Positions 17,507 through 26,245 of a DNA stretch of 49,074 bases are shown here, in pieces (within the stretch, counting starts at the first letter, position 1; each line of letters starts with the position of its first letter). A program made the translations under genes and the position numbers. Source of the DNA: Promethearchaeota archaeon (GTDB taxonomy: Archaea > Asgardarchaeota > Lokiarchaeia > Sigyniarchaeales > SOKP01); assembly GCA_004524365.1 (NCBI GenBank), contig SDNL01000002.1:1-49074 (forward strand). The letters run 5' to 3'. A model generated the notes under the pieces. It was not told the DNA's origin, did not search any database, and worked only from the letters and a program-made list of their open reading frames with translations.

Positions 17507-18835
17507 TTATTTTAATTTAAGTGTCGATGCCCCTAATTTTTTTAAATCAATTATGAAATTAGGATATGAATCTTTTACAATATCTATATTTTCTATTAGT
17601 GATTTTGAATTAGCAAAAAGCGCCGCGATACTACAAGCCATCGCTATTCGGTGATCCCCATTGTGTTCAAATTTTGCTCCTTTAATCTCATTAGCATGAA
17701 ACACAATTAATTTATCAGTTGATTCTTCGACATTAATTCCCATTTTAGTAAGTTCCCGTGCCATTATCTTAATACGGTCACTTTCTTTTAATCTAAGATT
17801 TCCAGCATTATACAACACGGTTTTCCCACTCGCAAATGCACCGACTACTGATAAAATAGGGAATAAATCCGGAATATTTTTACAATCTATTTCGATTCCA
17901 TTTAAAGAATTTTTTTGCAAATTGCCATAACATACTACTTTTTTATTTTCCATATCTTTTTGGATATAGGCCCCCATTTTTTTCAAAATCTCTATTATTC
18001 GCTTATCTCCTTGCGGATCTTCAAAATCAAGATTCTTTACTATCACTTTTGAATCATAAGGTGTAAGAGTCGCCGCAGCTATGATAAAAGCTGCCGAAGA
18101 GAAATCGGATGGAACAGGATATTTTATTGCTTTTGGTTTTTGTCCTGTTTTAACTTTATATTCCAAAAATCTTGAATTATCCTTTTCTTCTTGAATTTTT
18201 ATTCCATATTCTTTTAGAATATTTTGAGTAATCTTAACATATGGATAAGATACTATTGGAGTAGTTATTTGTAAAGATAAAAAATCTTTATTTTTGCATT
18301 TAATAATCGAGCATAAGATGAGAAGGGAAGTAATAAATTGTGAGCTTATATTACCCCTAATTTTGATATCTCCACATTTTTCTTCTTTTCTTTGGATGAT
18401 TAATTTTTTTTCTGATAGCGAATAGACTGCTCCTAATTCTTCTAGAGCCTTTAATAAGGGTTTTAGAGGTCTATTTCTTCTAAGAAATTCACCCTTTAAT
18501 CGTAATCCTCCATCAATTATTAAACTTAAAGCGCTAAAAATTCTTATACTTGTTCCAGAATTGCCACAATCTATTATATCTTCAGAAATGTTTCTTATTC
18601 TTTTCCCCCCATATATCTCATAATTCCTATCCTTTCTTTCTTCAATTTTAATCCCTAATTTGCTTAATATATCTATCGTGATCTTTACATCACCCGAAGT
18701 TAATGGATTTTTAAGAATGGTTTTTCCATTGGCAAAAGCAGCTAAAATAAATGCCCTATGGGAATAGCTCTTGGATCCAGGTGGGATAATTGTACCCGAT
18801 AATCGTAAAATGCTTGGGGAAATTGATAAATCCAT
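17507..18835 (-). CDS. aroA: 3-phosphoshikimate 1-carboxyvinyltransferase (EPSP synthase)
   Basis: PPGSKSYSHRA, CGNSGTSIR, LRLKESDRI, and DHRIAMA near the C-terminus. 442 aa. Confidence 0.9.
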   Translation of the reverse strand: MDLSISPSILRLSGTIIPPGSKSYSHRAFILAAFANGKTILKNPLTSGDVKITIDILSKLGIKIEERKDRNYEIYGGKRIRNISEDIIDCGNSGTSIRIFSALSLIIDGGLRLKGEFLRRNRPLKPLLKALEELGAVYSLSEKKLIIQRKEEKCGDIKIRGNISSQFITSLLILCSIIKCKNKDFLSLQITTPIVSYPYVKITQNILKEYGIKIQEEKDNSRFLEYKVKTGQKPKAIKYPVPSDFSSAAFIIAAATLTPYDSKVIVKNLDFEDPQGDKRIIEILKKMGAYIQKDMENKKVVCYGNLQKNSLNGIEIDCKNIPDLFPILSVVGAFASGKTVLYNAGNLRLKESDRIKIMARELTKMGINVEESTDKLIVFHANEIKGAKFEHNGDHRIAMACSIAALFANSKSLIENIDIVKDSYPNFIIDLKKLGASTLKLK

Positions 18836-18917
18836 ATTCTTTAAACTTATAAATTGTTATTATGATTAATATTAATTATAACAAATTTGGAATTTATTTA
18901 AAATTGAGTTATATATA

Positions 18918-20030
18918 ATGGCAGATAATAATTTTGGCAGAAAATTGAGGATCACTTCATTTGGAGAGAGTCATGGGGCGCTCGTTGGAATTATCATTGA
19001 TGGGTTTCCCGCAGGTATTACTATTAAAACCGAGTTTATCCAAACTGAGCTAGACAAACGAAAACCCGGGCAATCAAAAATAACTACTTCGAGAAAGGAA
19101 GCAGATAAAGTCGAAATACTTTCGGGAATTTTTAATGAGAGAAGTACTGGGGCACCGATTTGTATGATTATTAAAAATAAAGATGTAGATTCATCTAAGT
19201 ATGAAAAATACAAAAATATTTTGCGACCATCACACGTTGATTTTTCTAGTATAAAAAGATATGATGGATTCGCAGATTATCGAGGTTCTGGACGATTCTC
19301 TGGGAGAATCACGGCGGGATTTGTAATGGCAGGAGCTCTGGCAAAGCATGCCTTGAAGAAAATGAATATTAATATTTTTGCATATACAAAAGCCATAGGT
19401 GAGATCTCTGATGAAAGAAAATATGAAGAGAAAAGTTTTGAAAATTTGAGAACTCAAAGAGAAAATTCAATTGTTCGTTGTCTTGATCCCGAAAAATCGA
19501 ATGAGATGGTTGCTTTAATTGAAAAAGTGCAAGAGGAAGAGGATTCAATTGGCGGAATTGTTAAATGTATCATTAAAAATTTTCCGGCAGGAATTGGTGG
19601 GCCGGTTTTTTATAGTCTCGAATCAACTCTAAGTCATGGTGTTTTTTCCATTCCTGCTATAAAAGGAATTGAATTTGGGGTCGGTTTTGAAGCTGCTACA
19701 ATGAAAGGCTCGGAACATAACGATCCATGGATTATTGAAAATGAAAGAATTCAAACTTCTAAAAATGACGCCGGAGGTATCATCGGGGGTATTTCTACTG
19801 GGATGCCAATCATTTTTCAAATAGCGGTGAAACCCACCGCCTCGATTGGAAAAACCCAACATACTGTTAATATTAGTGATATGAAAGAGACTCAATTGAA
19901 ATTGGAGGGGCGGCATGATCCATGTATAGTCCCCCGAATCATTATCGTGTTGGAAGCAATTACGGCTATTGTATTATTAGATCATATATTGTATCAAGGT
20001 GAATTCAAGCTTGAGGGAAAAAACAATTAA
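18918..20030 (+). CDS. aroC: chorismate synthase
   Basis: FGESHG, KRKPGQSKITTSRKE.D, RPSHVDF, GRHDPCIVPR. Divergent from aroA across 82 bp. Confidence 0.9.
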   Translation: MADNNFGRKLRITSFGESHGALVGIIIDGFPAGITIKTEFIQTELDKRKPGQSKITTSRKEADKVEILSGIFNERSTGAPICMIIKNKDVDSSKYEKYKNILRPSHVDFSSIKRYDGFADYRGSGRFSGRITAGFVMAGALAKHALKKMNINIFAYTKAIGEISDERKYEEKSFENLRTQRENSIVRCLDPEKSNEMVALIEKVQEEEDSIGGIVKCIIKNFPAGIGGPVFYSLESTLSHGVFSIPAIKGIEFGVGFEAATMKGSEHNDPWIIENERIQTSKNDAGGIIGGISTGMPIIFQIAVKPTASIGKTQHTVNISDMKETQLKLEGRHDPCIVPRIIIVLEAITAIVLLDHILYQGEFKLEGKNN

Positions 20031-20154
20031 TTTGAGCAATTTTTCTAATCTTTAATCAGTAATAAAAACTCTAATAATTAATTTTAATATTTAAATTATC
20101 TAAATAATATATAACTAACAATTAATACAATTAAGTGAAAAAAGTAAAAAAAGT

Positions 20155-20385
20155 ATGAGTCAAGAAGATACATCAGGACAATGGATTGAATTCTATAAGA
20201 AAAAAGGCGATAATTTGATGGAACTCTCCCAAAACCACATCTCAAATAAGGAATATAGAAAAGCGCTTGAATTAATAAAAGAAGCACATACAATGTATAA
20301 AAAAGGAAATTGCATAGAGGATGCTGAGAAAGCAAAAGCTAAGTTTACAGAGATAAAGAATACTCATTTTAAAAAGAAGAAGTAA
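20155..20385 (+). CDS. small helical protein (TPR/MIT-like helix-hairpin pattern, tentative)
   Basis: 76 aa. NKEYRKALELIKEAHTMYKKGNCIEDAEKAKAKF looks like a helical-repeat motif. The competing antisense ORF 20096-20335 is hydrophobic and low-complexity. Confidence 0.35.
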   Translation: MSQEDTSGQWIEFYKKKGDNLMELSQNHISNKEYRKALELIKEAHTMYKKGNCIEDAEKAKAKFTEIKNTHFKKKK

Positions 20386-20453
20386 TCACTTTTTTATTTT
20401 AGTCTTTTTATTTTTATCATATAATTGTTCTTGATTTAAACATATAAAATCAA

Positions 20454-20975
20454 TTAATCTATGTATTTATTCAATTTTTCCTTAATATCCTTAATATGGG
20501 GGCCATTCCAAAAGATTTTTTGACACTCTGGATTGGTGCATTGAAAAAATGTGTCATAATGAGCATATGTTGAGTTTTTCAATTTATTTTTGATACTTTC
20601 TTTATTAGAAACCTTCTTTATCGGAGAATTACAATTTGAACATAATGCTTTTTCCATTTCAAATTCATATTTTAATTCAAACTTCTCTTTAAGCTGTCTT
20701 AAATAATTATATACCCCTTTTCCTTCTAAAAAAAAGCTCTGATCTTTACTCCGTCTATAAAAAGGGAGATCTTTTGTAAGGATTATCCTTTCAGTAAGAT
20801 TCGCATATTGGAATAATATATCATCTGGTATTGGATTGGGTAGATGTATTGGAAAGTTTTCTAGATGAGAAACATCCAGCTCATATAAATCATTTGCATA
20901 GACGGTATTGTATCCAAATATCCGTAAAAGAACCGTTAGTTTTCCGAGCATCGCATCTGTTAAGAATTTTATCAT
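20454..20975 (-). CDS. Mut7-C RNase domain (DUF82, PIN-like plus Zn-ribbon) protein
   Basis: The N-terminus is IKFLTDAMLGKLTVLLRIFGY. The C-terminal Zn ribbon is CSNCNSP...CTNPECQKIFWNGPH. ATG at 20975. Confidence 0.7.
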   Translation of the reverse strand: MIKFLTDAMLGKLTVLLRIFGYNTVYANDLYELDVSHLENFPIHLPNPIPDDILFQYANLTERIILTKDLPFYRRSKDQSFFLEGKGVYNYLRQLKEKFELKYEFEMEKALCSNCNSPIKKVSNKESIKNKLKNSTYAHYDTFFQCTNPECQKIFWNGPHIKDIKEKLNKYID

Positions 20976-21201
20976 TATTACCACTTATTCTCAGAATATG
21001 AGAAAAATATATATTATATTATATTGCAGTATTATTAATTATAATTAATTAGGAAATTTTTTCGAAAGTGTTGAGAAATTTTTATAAATATTTATAAGGT
21101 TTTATAAAATTTTAAAGGTAACATAAATACTTACGATCTTTTTTTATCAACGATAGAAAAGTTAAGAAAAGTTAAATAAAGCTAAGAGGTTAACCATTTT
21201 A

Positions 21202-21645
21202 ATGATAATTCGAGAATTTACCGAGAGAGATATAGATGAAATAACCCAACTGATGAAAAAACTATGTTCATTAAAAGACCAAGATTTCGATGAAACACGA
21301 TGGAGAATGAGTTTAGAGAAACATATGCGAGAAGACACTAACACCGAAGTCCTTGTTGCCTTTGATAAGGATACTAATACAGTTGCCGGAATGGCCTTCG
21401 CATCAATAAAGAATTCGGAAAAGGGCTTTCGATTTGGTTATCTATCAAACTTAATAGTCAAAGAAGAGGCTCGACGCTCTGGAATTGGCGAAACAATCCT
21501 CGCTCATACAATCGATTATTTTAAAAGGCATCATGTTGATTCAATACGATTGTCTTTAGCTCCGCAAATTACTAATGGAGCTAAAAAGCTCTTAGCGAAG
21601 TTCGGATTTGAGGAAATATTTAAAATATATGAATTAAGAATCTGA
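21202..21645 (+). CDS. GNAT-family N-acetyltransferase
   Basis: Motif A is VKEEARRSGIGETILAHTIDYFK. 147 aa, with AAGAGGT 11 nt upstream. Confidence 0.8.
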   Translation: MIIREFTERDIDEITQLMKKLCSLKDQDFDETRWRMSLEKHMREDTNTEVLVAFDKDTNTVAGMAFASIKNSEKGFRFGYLSNLIVKEEARRSGIGETILAHTIDYFKRHHVDSIRLSLAPQITNGAKKLLAKFGFEEIFKIYELRI

Positions 21646-21880
21646 ATTATCTATCATATGATAAAAATAATCTAGTAAATATTGTCAATTAATGAAAAGA
21701 GATTAAATCTGACTATTAAAACTTCTAATAAAAATTACATATTTTTTTAGTAATTCTTAATTATATGTATTATATAATTTTTGATTAAGGATTAGACATA
21801 GAAATATCTAATTTTTATCAAATAGAGTTAATTATGTTTAGTATATTGGAAAATGAGTTAAAAAAGAGTTAAGAAACATT

Positions 21881-23107
21881 ATGGAAAAAGAGTTAGAGAA
21901 GGGAAAAACACTTTTGGTGAAAGGACCTAGTAGAATTGAACTAGTGGATGGTAAAGTTGAAGTTTTTGGAAGACTGATGGATAGTCAAAAAGGAGGAGGA
22001 TCCAATGAGGATGAAGGGGAAAATGAACTAATAATTCAAAGTGCTTATCAATATCCTCTCTATGCAGTAGAAGACTCCGTATTGGATATTTATACTAGTA
22101 ATCCAGAGGAAAATGTATCAGAACTTAGCGAAAATTCAATTCCGAATGAATGGATTGAGATTAAAGATGCTATCCTAAAGCAATTAAAGAAAAGAAAGCA
22201 TGAACAACCTATTAAAATTATGCCTCTCGGATTAAGTCGAGGAAAAACATCCCTCTGTAAATATCTTGCAAATAATTTTCTGAGAGAAGATCTGCAAGGA
22301 GGGTATCTAGATTCCGATCTTGGACAACAGATAATGTTTGTACCGACAACATTAAATATTGGAGAAATTAAAAAGCCCTTTATCTCAGGAAAAGATATTG
22401 AACCTGAATTTACGAAATTTATTGGAGCTACCTTTCCTAAAGAAACACTTAAATTTACCGTTTCCCACGAATGTAATAATTTAATTCAAAATTACATTGA
22501 AGATCATCCAGAAAGTGACTTTATTATAATTGATACAGATGGATGGATCAAATCAGAAGCAGGATTAATATATAAATTATTCTTTATTAAAACTGTAGAC
22601 CCCGATATTGTCATCGTATTTCATGATGAAGAAATAGAAGAATTAAAAGAAATTGAAAATAAAATTAAAGAAACTAAAAAACGAAAATTATTCCAAATGG
22701 AAAAAGGGAATGAAAATTATTATGATAAAGATAAAGAAGATAGGCGTTTTCTTAGACAGAGTCGATTTTCAAATATATTAGAAACATTTCAAAAAACTTC
22801 CATTCCATTGGACGATATTAAATTTATTAAAAAAGAATACGATAAGGAAAATAATGAAGTTATTGAAAAAGAATTAAATATTCAAGAATTAATACAATTA
22901 CCTTACCATTATGTTCTTATCGCTCTTTTGGATGGGGAATCTAAAATTATTAAATTGGGACTATTATTTTCTATTAACTTAGAGAAGAATTATTTTCTTT
23001 CATTTACCAGTTTAACATATAAAGAACAGATTCAAGTAGAAAAAGTGCTAGTTGGGAGTTTACGCTTAAGTACTAAGGGAAATCATCAAGGATACCTCTA
23101 TTTATAA
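21881..23107 (+). CDS. Clp1/Grc3-like polynucleotide 5'-kinase family protein
   Basis: The N-terminal beta domain is LLVKGPSRIELVDGKVEVFG. The P-loop region is MPLGLSRGKTSLCKYL followed by YLDSDLGQQ and IIIDTDGW. The Walker A appears one residue short of GxxxxGK[ST]. Confidence 0.6.
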   Translation: MEKELEKGKTLLVKGPSRIELVDGKVEVFGRLMDSQKGGGSNEDEGENELIIQSAYQYPLYAVEDSVLDIYTSNPEENVSELSENSIPNEWIEIKDAILKQLKKRKHEQPIKIMPLGLSRGKTSLCKYLANNFLREDLQGGYLDSDLGQQIMFVPTTLNIGEIKKPFISGKDIEPEFTKFIGATFPKETLKFTVSHECNNLIQNYIEDHPESDFIIIDTDGWIKSEAGLIYKLFFIKTVDPDIVIVFHDEEIEELKEIENKIKETKKRKLFQMEKGNENYYDKDKEDRRFLRQSRFSNILETFQKTSIPLDDIKFIKKEYDKENNEVIEKELNIQELIQLPYHYVLIALLDGESKIIKLGLLFSINLEKNYFLSFTSLTYKEQIQVEKVLVGSLRLSTKGNHQGYLYL

Positions 23108-23373
23108 TTAATAGATTAATTAGGATTTTTTTTACATCACTTTTTATAATTTTTATCTTCCTATTTATGAAAAGCTCCTTGATTTAGGAAGATATTTATT
23201 TCAATAATTTCCACTATATAACTTAAAGGGGGGTTACAGAAATATTTATATATAATGCCAATTTTATTTTTTTCGTTAAAAATTTCAAAATACCGATGAT
23301 AGATAATTCAATTATAACTATTATCAATAATGAAATAAGAGATTTTTAATATCTTTTACAAAAAAAATCGAAA

Positions 23374-25203
23374 ATGGTGAAAAAAATGGCAAATGAAATG
23401 ATGATAGTTGGATTGGTTTTTGGTTTGGCGTTCTTGATTATAGTGTTGTTATTTATTATCCCTTTAGCGATAATGATATTTGGAATAATAAAATTCGGAA
23501 TGGGGAAAACACTTTTTAAGCCACCTAATTTAACAGAACCCTTTAATCCTAAAGATTTTGGGAGAATGATGAAAATTGTCGAGTATTTGGATTATCTTTT
23601 GATTGCCCTAATATTCATTTTTGGTTTTCCCATATCATTAAGTTCTTTATTCGATTTAGACGCTTCCCCATTATTATTAGGAATGCCTTATGTTCTTCTG
23701 GCTTTTTATATAATTGTATGTTTAGAAGTAATTTTGGTTTTATTAGAACATTATAGAAGAGGAACCAACATCTTCAAGGACCTTTACTATGATTATGAAA
23801 ATGTTTACAAGGCAAACAATATTCCAGTTATTGGTCAATGCAAAATATGCGGGAGAGCAATCCCTCAATATTATGGACTGAAGGTAGGATTAAATTCTGA
23901 TAAACTTTTAGAAGTTCCGATTTGCTTTCAAGCTGATGGTCAACATGTAGTTACATTACAAAACCAAGAAGATAAAAAGTTCTTTAATGAATATCAAAAA
24001 ATATTCGATGAGCTTAATAATATCAGAAATTATTGGGTGTATGGAAAGATAATAATTTTAATTTACTATATTGTAATTAGTGTTATCTTTACTGAATTAC
24101 TTGCGAGTAATATACCGATAATGATTGGATATGGACCTACTAATTCTAATTATTATACAATATACACAATAGCATACGGAGTTTTATCAATGGTTCCCTT
24201 ATCAATCTTATTTAGCATTCAATTTATAGATAACAAGATAACCCATATTTTCTTGATTAAACGGCTATATTTCGATAATATGTATGAGGAAATTAAAGAA
24301 GCTATAGATAACGGAAAGAAGATTGATATTTCATATATTCAACCTCCAGATTACACAAAACAAGGAGATCAATTACCCAGCTTTATTGAGACTATAAAGA
24401 TGGCACGGACTATGGCAAATAATATCAGAAGTGCTACAAAGGGTGTTGCAGCGGTTAAAGATGTAAAAAACATAATGGAATTAGCAAGTACAGTAAAAGG
24501 AGTGGGATCGGACATTGTGGATACTAAAAAAGATGTCGATGATTTTTTGGGAGAGCATACAAGCGGAAAAGGTACATCTGTACCTATTAATTCTTCTCAA
24601 CTCAGAAAACCAGTCGTTAGTAAACTTCAAAAGGAGAAGTGTCCCAATTGTGGAAAAGAGATTGAAGAAGAGTGGAAAAAATGTCCATTTTGTTCTAAGA
24701 TCTTGAAAAAAGATTGTCCTAATTGCGGTAAAACTTTGAAAGTGAATTGGTTGAGTTGTCCTTTCTGTGGATTTGATTTTAATAAATCTAAAAAAACGAA
24801 AAAATCTCAAATTAAACAACAAAGAGCTGAGGATAAACAAGAAGAACCCATTATCGAAGAACAAGAAATTGAACAGAAACCAAAACAATCTGAAAAACTT
24901 CAAGAAGAAACAGATGAAATTGAACCAAAAAAGATTGAGGAAAAAGAAAAAGAAGTTGAGAGTACCAAAAAGAAAGAAGAACCCATTATCGAAGAACAAG
25001 AAATTGAACAGAAACCAAAACAACTAGAAAAATCTCAAGAAGAAACAGATGAAATTGAACCAAAAAAGATTGAGGAAAAAGAAAAAGAAGTTGAGAGTAC
25101 CAAAGAGAAAAAGGAACCATCCTTTAGAATATGCCCAAATTGTGGTAATACTTTAAAACCTAATCAAAAATTTTGTACTCAATGTGGTGCGAAATTTTAT
25201 TAA
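23374..25203 (+). CDS. polytopic membrane protein with three C-terminal zinc ribbons and an acidic tandem repeat
   Basis: Multiple TM segments lie in the first 290 aa. The Zn ribbons are CPNCGKEIEEEWKKCPFC, CPNCGKTLKVNWLSCPFCG and CPNCGNTLKPNQKFCTQCG. A 2 x 45-aa E/K-rich repeat sits between the second and third ribbon. Confidence 0.65.
   Translation: MVKKMANEMMIVGLVFGLAFLIIVLLFIIPLAIMIFGIIKFGMGKTLFKPPNLTEPFNPKDFGRMMKIVEYLDYLLIALIFIFGFPISLSSLFDLDASPLLLGMPYVLLAFYIIVCLEVILVLLEHYRRGTNIFKDLYYDYENVYKANNIPVIGQCKICGRAIPQYYGLKVGLNSDKLLEVPICFQADGQHVVTLQNQEDKKFFNEYQKIFDELNNIRNYWVYGKIIILIYYIVISVIFTELLASNIPIMIGYGPTNSNYYTIYTIAYGVLSMVPLSILFSIQFIDNKITHIFLIKRLYFDNMYEEIKEAIDNGKKIDISYIQPPDYTKQGDQLPSFIETIKMARTMANNIRSATKGVAAVKDVKNIMELASTVKGVGSDIVDTKKDVDDFLGEHTSGKGTSVPINSSQLRKPVVSKLQKEKCPNCGKEIEEEWKKCPFCSKILKKDCPNCGKTLKVNWLSCPFCGFDFNKSKKTKKSQIKQQRAEDKQEEPIIEEQEIEQKPKQSEKLQEETDEIEPKKIEEKEKEVESTKKKEEPIIEEQEIEQKPKQLEKSQEETDEIEPKKIEEKEKEVESTKEKKEPSFRICPNCGNTLKPNQKFCTQCGAKFY
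24841..25110 (+). repeat. near-perfect 2 x 135 bp tandem direct repeat, in frame
   Basis: Copy 1 starts gaagaacccattatcgaag at 24841 and copy 2 at 24976. The only differences seen are caatctgaaaaacttcaa versus caactagaaaaatctcaa and a few bases at the 3' end. It encodes EEPIIEEQEIEQKPKQ(S/L)EK(L/S)QEETDEIEPKKIEEKEKEVESTK. Confidence 0.9.
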
Positions 25204-25218
25204 AAGTATACCATATTA

Positions 25219-25228
25219 TTTTTTTTTT
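25219..25228. terminator. T10/A10 tract between convergent genes (candidate bidirectional archaeal oligo-T terminator)
   Basis: A run of 10 T at 25219-25228 lies in the 45-bp gap between the 23374-25203 (+) and 25249-26040 (-) genes. Confidence 0.4.
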
Positions 25229-25248
25229 AATGTTTCACTACTTTTTGA

Positions 25249-26040
25249 TTATACAACAATATTTCCGTTTCGGACTGCTCGAAATCGCTTAACTCGTTTT
25301 TGCATACTATAAATTATGACAAGTATGAAAGAAAAGGATAGAAATATAGCAATCCATTCAAATATCGGGATAGTTACAAAGAATCGGAAAAACACATTAA
25401 AGGCACAAACAAGAAAACCAAATTTTGCTGTATTTCGGGTAAATTTAAACTTGTATAATGCTACACTGGGAAAAAATGAAACGAAGGAAGAGACAGTAAA
25501 AAAGATTAAAGCCCAAAACATATGCGACTTAAAATAATTTATGGGTGAAAATCCAATCATCATTAAAGAGAGAGCAGAGATAAAACCAGCAAATTGAGTT
25601 AAAATAGTGAGTATCTTATTCCGGATTCCTCCTATATACCATTCATATAATCCTATAAAGAAGAAAAAAAGGCAAATACCTGAAATTATGCATCCAAGAT
25701 TAAAAAAATAAGCCCCATTAGGGTTTTTTACTAAATTACCTAGATCGGACATCCAATTTTCAAGCGGATTGAATCCCCCCGGATAAAGGGCAAACGCAAA
25801 GAGTATGAAACTCCAGAAAATAACGATAGCGGCTATCCCTGAAACTACACTAATAGGATGCTTTTTTGGAATGGGTTGTTCTTTTACGATTTTTTTAGCC
25901 CCTTCTATCCCATTTGCCCCTCGTTCTATTCCATTTCTTACATCCCTCTTAATTCCATTTATTCCATTATTGACTCCATTTTTAAGATCTCTATAATGTA
26001 TATTTAATCTTGTTTTTATCTTTTCCAAAGTTTTCTTCAT
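25249..26040 (-). CDS. DUF998-family membrane protein
   Basis: ALYPGGFNPLENWMSDLG followed by about 6 TM segments is the characteristic DUF998 pattern. Confidence 0.6.
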   Translation of the reverse strand: MKKTLEKIKTRLNIHYRDLKNGVNNGINGIKRDVRNGIERGANGIEGAKKIVKEQPIPKKHPISVVSGIAAIVIFWSFILFAFALYPGGFNPLENWMSDLGNLVKNPNGAYFFNLGCIISGICLFFFFIGLYEWYIGGIRNKILTILTQFAGFISALSLMMIGFSPINYFKSHMFWALIFFTVSSFVSFFPSVALYKFKFTRNTAKFGFLVCAFNVFFRFFVTIPIFEWIAIFLSFSFILVIIYSMQKRVKRFRAVRNGNIVV

Positions 26041-26245
26041 TGCCTTAATTCTTATATTAGTTTAATTTTTCGATAATTTTTAATGGATTAGTTTGATTTT
26101 AAAAGATATAGAAAGGAGTTGTATCGTTTAATAAAAGTATTAAAATAATTTAAAGCTAAAATTTTATCATTAATTCAAGAAGATTATAAAAATCCATTTA
26201 TTTAATGTTATGCCTTTAAGAATATAAAAATCTCAATTTTTAATA

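Noticed and set aside
18836-18917. TATA-box/BRE calls in the aroA-aroC divergent spacer and other intergenic regions
   Set aside because: Almost every intergenic region is above 80% A+T and contains many TTTATA-like strings. I cannot distinguish real promoters from background without transcription start data.
18971-19916. Three minus-strand ORFs inside aroC, and similar antisense ORFs inside trpS, the permease, rpoD, L18e, the Fe-S protein, por genes, crotonase, MBL and rSAM genes
   Set aside because: Each lies fully within a gene with strong family motifs on the other strand and has no recognisable motifs of its own.
24481-25027. ORFs 24481-25023 (-), 24515-24706 (+) and 24767-25027 (+) overlapping the zinc-ribbon membrane gene
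   Set aside because: These are homopolymer-like F/L/K/N translations generated by the purine-rich repeat region. The frame with zinc ribbons and the in-frame repeat is the coding one.
24841-25110. Tandem repeat as a possible CRISPR or minisatellite locus
   Set aside because: There are only two copies, directly abutting with no spacers. The period of 135 bp is a multiple of 3 and fully in frame within a long ORF, so this is a coding duplication, not a CRISPR array.
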